Source of the DNA: Phycisphaerales bacterium
GTDB lineage: Bacteria > Planctomycetota > Phycisphaerae > WQYP01
Direction: 5' to 3'
Length of the DNA: 64,000 bases
Assembly: GCA_027366115.1 (NCBI GenBank)
Contig: DAHXLH010000029.1
Span: 7,950 to 71,949, forward strand
Shown: positions 59,908 to 64,000 of the stretch, piece after piece
Numbering within the stretch: position 1 is the stretch's first letter
How the letters are laid out: each line of letters opens with the position of its first letter
Made by a program: the position numbers and the translations under genes
Notes under the pieces: generated by a model
What the model saw: only the letters and a program-made list of their open reading frames with translations
Database searches by the model: none
What the model was told of the DNA's origin: nothing

Positions 59908-60951
59908 TTGGAGTGCCGGATGAAATCAGAGACCCTTCCAACCCAACGCCTCGATAAGCCCCCGGCAGATAGCGCGCTGCTGGATGTTAAAAATTTGTCC
60001 GTGGCGTTTCCCATCCGCAGCGGCTTACTGCAAAGCGTCAGCGGGCGAATTCAGGCGGTCAACACTATATCGCTGGCGATCAAGCCGCGGGAAACCCTGG
60101 GGCTGGTAGGCGAATCCGGATGCGGAAAAACCACTGCCGGTCGGGCCATTCTTCGCTTAATTCCTAAAGGAACTGCTGTGATTTCCGGGCAGGTGCGTTT
60201 TGAAGGAACGGATATTTACGCCGCCCGCCCCGCGGAACTTCGGGCGCTGCGGCGGCATATTCAGGTCATTTTTCAAGACCCCGTCGGTTCGTTAAACCCG
60301 CGTATGACCGTGGGTGCGATGATCGGTGAACCCCTGTTGGTGCATCGATTGGCACCTAAGCCGGAAATTCCCGCCCGTGTACAGGAGCTATTACAAAAAG
60401 TCGGCTTTTCCGGAGATGTCATCAACCGGTACCCCCATGAATTTTCCGGCGGCCAACGTCAGCGCATCGGCATTGCCCGGGCGCTGGCATTAAACCCCCG
60501 GCTGATTGTATGTGATGAACCGGTGTCGGCATTAGATGTTTCCATTCAGGCCCAGGTGCTTAATTTGTTAAGTGATCTGCAAAGTGAAATGGGGCTGTCC
60601 TATCTATTCATCGCGCATAATTTAGCAGTGGTGGAGCATTTTTCGGATCGCATTGCGGTGATGTATCTGGGCAGAATTGTTGAAACCGCCGCCGCTCGCA
60701 CGCTCACGCGTGCTGCGAAACATCCCTACACCCAGGCGCTGCTTTCGGCAGTGCCTAAGCCGGAGGTGGATCGGAAGGAACACCGCATGGTGCTGCAGGG
60801 CGAAGTGCCCAGCCCGGCCAATCCACCGTCCGGATGCCCGTTTCACCCACGCTGCCCCATCGCAGTGGAACGCTGCAAACGAGAAATGCCGCCCATGGAA
60901 ATCAAGGGTGATGATCCCACGCATCTTGCGGCCTGCTGGGAAACGCGGTAA
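59908..60951 (+). CDS. ABC transporter ATP-binding protein (DppF/OppF-like)
   Basis: Walker A GESGCGKT, signature FSGGQRQR, Walker [13 protein letters not shown] and a C-terminal extension (GCPFHPRCP). Confidence 0.88.
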   Translation: MECRMKSETLPTQRLDKPPADSALLDVKNLSVAFPIRSGLLQSVSGRIQAVNTISLAIKPRETLGLVGESGCGKTTAGRAILRLIPKGTAVISGQVRFEGTDIYAARPAELRALRRHIQVIFQDPVGSLNPRMTVGAMIGEPLLVHRLAPKPEIPARVQELLQKVGFSGDVINRYPHEFSGGQRQRIGIARALALNPRLIVCDEPVSALDVSIQAQVLNLLSDLQSEMGLSYLFIAHNLAVVEHFSDRIAVMYLGRIVETAAARTLTRAAKHPYTQALLSAVPKPEVDRKEHRMVLQGEVPSPANPPSGCPFHPRCPIAVERCKREMPPMEIKGDDPTHLAACWETR

Positions 60952-61051
60952 TCCTGCCCGATAAGGCGTCTCAAACCAAGCGCCCGGAGCACTGCCCCTA
61001 CCCTGCAAAAATGCGAACAACGGATGGAACTTCAACTGGGATTAGCGGCGA

Positions 61052-61081
61052 TTGCTTTTGCGACTTGAGGCGTGGTATAAT
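61052..61081 (+). promoter_or_regulatory. Candidate sigma70-type promoter (-35 TTGCTT, 18-nt spacer, -10 TATAAT) upstream of the GT2 gene
   Basis: Read directly: attgcTTGCTTttgcgacttgaggcgtggTATAATcg. Match judged by eye only. Confidence 0.3.
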
Positions 61082-61200
61082 CGCCAACGCCCAACGTGGG
61101 ATGGTGCGACTTAGTTGGTACCGTGTGGCTTCTCGAACGGTGCGCTACGGCGGTTGGTCAAGGGGTGGTTGGTTGTCGGGCGTATTTGCGGGAGTATTCT

Positions 61201-62235
61201 GTGGGACCGCGTATCTCTATTTGTATTCCAACGCATAACCGTGCAGACTTATTGCAGCGGACGCTGGAGAGCCTTGCCTTAGTTGAACCATGCCCGGATA
61301 TGACTTGGGAAATTATTATCGTCGCAAATTGCTGCACGGATGATACGCTGCGCGTGGCCGATGCCCTCAAAGCACAGATTCCTGCTCATGTGGTGATACT
61401 GGAAGAGGCGGAACCTGGGGTCGTGGCAGCGCGAAATCGGGCGTTGCGTCACGCCCGCGGAGACATCATCGCCTTTTTGGATGATGATGTGGTAGTTCAT
61501 CCCCAGTGGCTGTGTGAACTTGTAAAAGCGTTTGATTCCGAACAGCCCGACGTGCTGGTGGGCCGAATCTATCTGGACTGGCATAAGTTGTCCCGGCCGA
61601 AGTGGTTTGACGCCCGTATGGGGCAGTATCTGGCGCAAGTGGATCTCGGCGAAGTTCCCATGCTTTTGCAGAATCCCCTGGGGGCCGGTGCCAATATGGC
61701 CATAACCCGGGACATGCTGCAACGTATTGGAGGATTTTGCTGTCCGCTGAAACGTTGCGGCAAACGCACAGCGGGGGAGGATACCGATATGATCGCGCGG
61801 GCGATGGGTACCAAAGGGCGCGTGCTTTATGCTCCCATGGTGAAGGTAGATCATTACGTGGCACCGGCAAGATTGACTGTGAAGTATCTGCGCGGGGTGG
61901 CGTTTGATGTCGGCATGGCCGAGTATCTCATGTCGCCGCATATCAAGTCCCAGGAACTGGCGGTAAATCTGGTTAAGAAAATTCTGCGTTGGTTGGAACG
62001 TTCCCTGCGCTGGTTGCTGATATTTCCGTTTAATCAGCGGTCGGCGGCACGGTTGCAGGTCAGCTTGGCCAAAACGCGGGGAAACATCGTGGGAATCATA
62101 CTTTGTGCCTGGCGTTGCTTACTGCGGCACTCGGTGAAGCCGCCCGTTTTCCGAAGCTTGCCGGAACTGTCGGCAACCCTTGCTTCAGGTAATTTGGCGG
62201 CACCGCCGGATCAATTAATTGCCGGTCCGCATTGA
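61201..62235 (+). CDS. Family 2 glycosyltransferase
   Basis: GT-A motifs ISICIPTHNRADLL, DxD (FLDDDV) and a second acidic motif (GEDTD). The GTG at 61201 has a GGGAG SD 8 nt upstream. The track's GTG at 61096 adds a non-conserved 35-aa leader. Either start is possible. Confidence 0.78.
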   Translation: MGPRISICIPTHNRADLLQRTLESLALVEPCPDMTWEIIIVANCCTDDTLRVADALKAQIPAHVVILEEAEPGVVAARNRALRHARGDIIAFLDDDVVVHPQWLCELVKAFDSEQPDVLVGRIYLDWHKLSRPKWFDARMGQYLAQVDLGEVPMLLQNPLGAGANMAITRDMLQRIGGFCCPLKRCGKRTAGEDTDMIARAMGTKGRVLYAPMVKVDHYVAPARLTVKYLRGVAFDVGMAEYLMSPHIKSQELAVNLVKKILRWLERSLRWLLIFPFNQRSAARLQVSLAKTRGNIVGIILCAWRCLLRHSVKPPVFRSLPELSATLASGNLAAPPDQLIAGPH

Positions 62236-62294
62236 TGATTTAGACGCAGCTTTCGCCGTATGGTTAGGTGTGACAGAGCACCAGGACGTTCTTT

Positions 62295-64000
62295 ATGACC
62301 TTAGCGAACAGCGACTGCTATTGTACGTTACCTGTCTCTGATGCTGCGGCGGATGGCAAAGCGCGGGTGTGTATCGCATCCCCTGATATTTCCGGCCCGA
62401 TTAAAAATGGTGGGATTGGCAGCGCTTACACCGCGCTGGCAATGGCACTGGCGCGCGGCGGACATGACGTAACCATTTTGTATCCGCATGGCACGCATTC
62501 CGAGGATGGCCCGATTGCCCGTTGGATTGACTTTTATGCCGCGCATGGCATAAAGTTTATCCCGCTTTCTCTCCCCGCCCGTACCACGCTGGAAGGCAGC
62601 AAGGCGATGATCCTGAGTTATATTGTTTTTGAGTATTTTCGCACCTGTGCCACGCACTATGATGTTGTTCATTTTCCGGAATGGCTGGCGTTGGGCTATT
62701 ACAGTATTCTTGGAAAAAAGCAGGCTCTGATTCTGCAAAACAGCACGATTGTCCTGGGGTTGCACAGCCCACACCTATGGAATATGCGCTACAACAACGA
62801 ACCCGTACTGGATGCGGATATTTTAGCCCTGGATTTTATGGAGCGCCAATGCGCCGCACTGGCGGATGTAGTTGTCAGCCCCAGCGCCTACATGATTCGC
62901 TGGTGCCAGAGCCAGGGGTGGACGTTTCCGCGTAACACCTATGTACAACCTTATGTAGTATCTGCGGGGAAGCGGGTGGCGAAGCCCGGCCCCGCGGCCC
63001 AAACCAAAATCACCGAAATCGTATTTTTCGGACGCCTGGATATCCGCAAAGGGTTGTATCTGTTTTGCGACGCGATGGATCAATCCCACCTGCGCAACCG
63101 GCCGGATGTTACCGTTGTTTTTCTGGGCCGGTCGGCGGACATCAACGCATTAAGCTCAGCCGAAATCGTTCGCCGGAGAAGTAAAAACTGGCAGTGCCCC
63201 ACGAAGCTGATAACGGATTTGGGGCGTGATGCGGCGGTGGAATATCTGCGCGGGCCCGGGCGGTTGGCGGTTATCGCCTCATTGGCGGACAACTCTCCCA
63301 ATACCGTTTATGAATGCCTGTCCAACGGCATTGCATTTATCGCCTTGCGTACCGGCGGCATTCCGGAAGTTATTGCAACCCGGGACTGGCCCCACGTGCT
63401 TTGCGATGCGGACGTTTCCGCGTTGGCTACGCACTTGGAACAGACATTGGAAAATCCCCCGGCTCCCGCGCATCCGGCAATGGACTTTGCGGCCAATGAG
63501 GAAACTTGGAATAAGTGGCACTCGCACTTTGCGGAGACAGACACCGCTGGTGAAAAAGCGGTGACAAGCGACTCCGATGCAGCCGTGGTCTCTGCCCGCG
63601 AGAAAAAAGCGCCCTATAAAACCTCCCATGTGAACGCCGGCGCTACCGGTGGAAGAACCCATTGGCCCTCGGCAGGACGCTTGCCATATCATGTCGCGAT
63701 GGATGATGGCGATCCGCTGGTGGACCCATGCGCCCAACCGCCCTTGCTGAGCATTTGTCTGGTGCAGCACAATGGAGGAGACCAGACGCTCTCCGCCATC
63801 CGCAGCCTCCAAGCACAGGATGATGCTTCTACGCAGGTTATTTTGCTGCTTAAATCAACTGGCGGGTCCGACGCGGGCAATCTGGCACCGGAAGAGAAAA
63901 AGCAGCTTCTGGCCCGCGGCTGGAAAATTATTTATTTTATAGAATCGGCTGGCAAATCTCCTTATGACATCGCCGCGCAACATGCCCACGGCACAATGCT
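62295..64000 (+). CDS. Large multidomain glycosyltransferase, 3'-partial (GT4-like N-terminal domain followed by a GT2-like domain); not in the ORF track
   Basis: An open reading frame runs from the ATG at 62295 (after a stop at 62271-62273) to the window end with no stop. Translation MTLANSDCYCTLPVSDAAADGKARVCIASPDISGPIKNGGIGSAYTALAMALARGGHDVTILYP... is the N-terminal half of GT-B/GT4 enzymes. Later ...PPLLSICLVQHNGGDQTLSAIRSLQAQDDASTQVILLL... looks like the start of a GT-A/GT2 domain. Confidence 0.72.
   Translation, partial: MTLANSDCYCTLPVSDAAADGKARVCIASPDISGPIKNGGIGSAYTALAMALARGGHDVTILYPHGTHSEDGPIARWIDFYAAHGIKFIPLSLPARTTLEGSKAMILSYIVFEYFRTCATHYDVVHFPEWLALGYYSILGKKQALILQNSTIVLGLHSPHLWNMRYNNEPVLDADILALDFMERQCAALADVVVSPSAYMIRWCQSQGWTFPRNTYVQPYVVSAGKRVAKPGPAAQTKITEIVFFGRLDIRKGLYLFCDAMDQSHLRNRPDVTVVFLGRSADINALSSAEIVRRRSKNWQCPTKLITDLGRDAAVEYLRGPGRLAVIASLADNSPNTVYECLSNGIAFIALRTGGIPEVIATRDWPHVLCDADVSALATHLEQTLENPPAPAHPAMDFAANEETWNKWHSHFAETDTAGEKAVTSDSDAAVVSAREKKAPYKTSHVNAGATGGRTHWPSAGRLPYHVAMDDGDPLVDPCAQPPLLSICLVQHNGGDQTLSAIRSLQAQDDASTQVILLLKSTGGSDAGNLAPEEKKQLLARGWKIIYFIESAGKSPYDIAAQHAHGTM

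Overview
Chromosomal core-like segment from a Gram-negative bacterium with fairly high GC and dense coding on both strands. Coordinates follow the ORF track; hand-derived positions may be off by 1-2 nt. Content: TCA and central-metabolism genes (sucA, sucB, two citrate synthases, mdh, acs) and housekeeping genes (lipA, trpF, tyrA, argC, ispE, folA, sod); envelope/glycan genes (PIG-L deacetylase, GT87-like and GT-C-like membrane proteins, GH43, a second glycoside-hydrolase-like protein, GT2, and a large partial GT4+GT2 protein at the window end that the ORF track does not list); transport genes (an RND czcCBA-like efflux system with an upstream OmpR/sensor-kinase pair, a CPA2-Usp antiporter, MFS, and a six-gene Opp/Dpp-like ABC operon with three permeases and a TM-anchored binding protein); one tRNA-Arg(TCT). 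No transposase, integrase or CRISPR array was seen. Candidate novelties: (1) a pilT / membrane-anchored catalytically degenerate GspE-like pseudo-ATPase / enlarged CvpA-like protein cluster; (2) a translationally coupled three-gene operon of uncharacterised proteins between acs and usp; (3) a structured ~71-nt repeat present in two copies flanking sucA; (4) a dense direct/inverted 'TAGAGCA' repeat cluster right after tRNA-Arg; (5) a tandemly duplicated Tyr/Pro/Trp-rich lipoprotein; (6) a frameshifted, N-truncated GNAT acetyltransferase remnant. Many long ORFs in the track are antisense or alternative-frame shadows of real genes and were not annotated.
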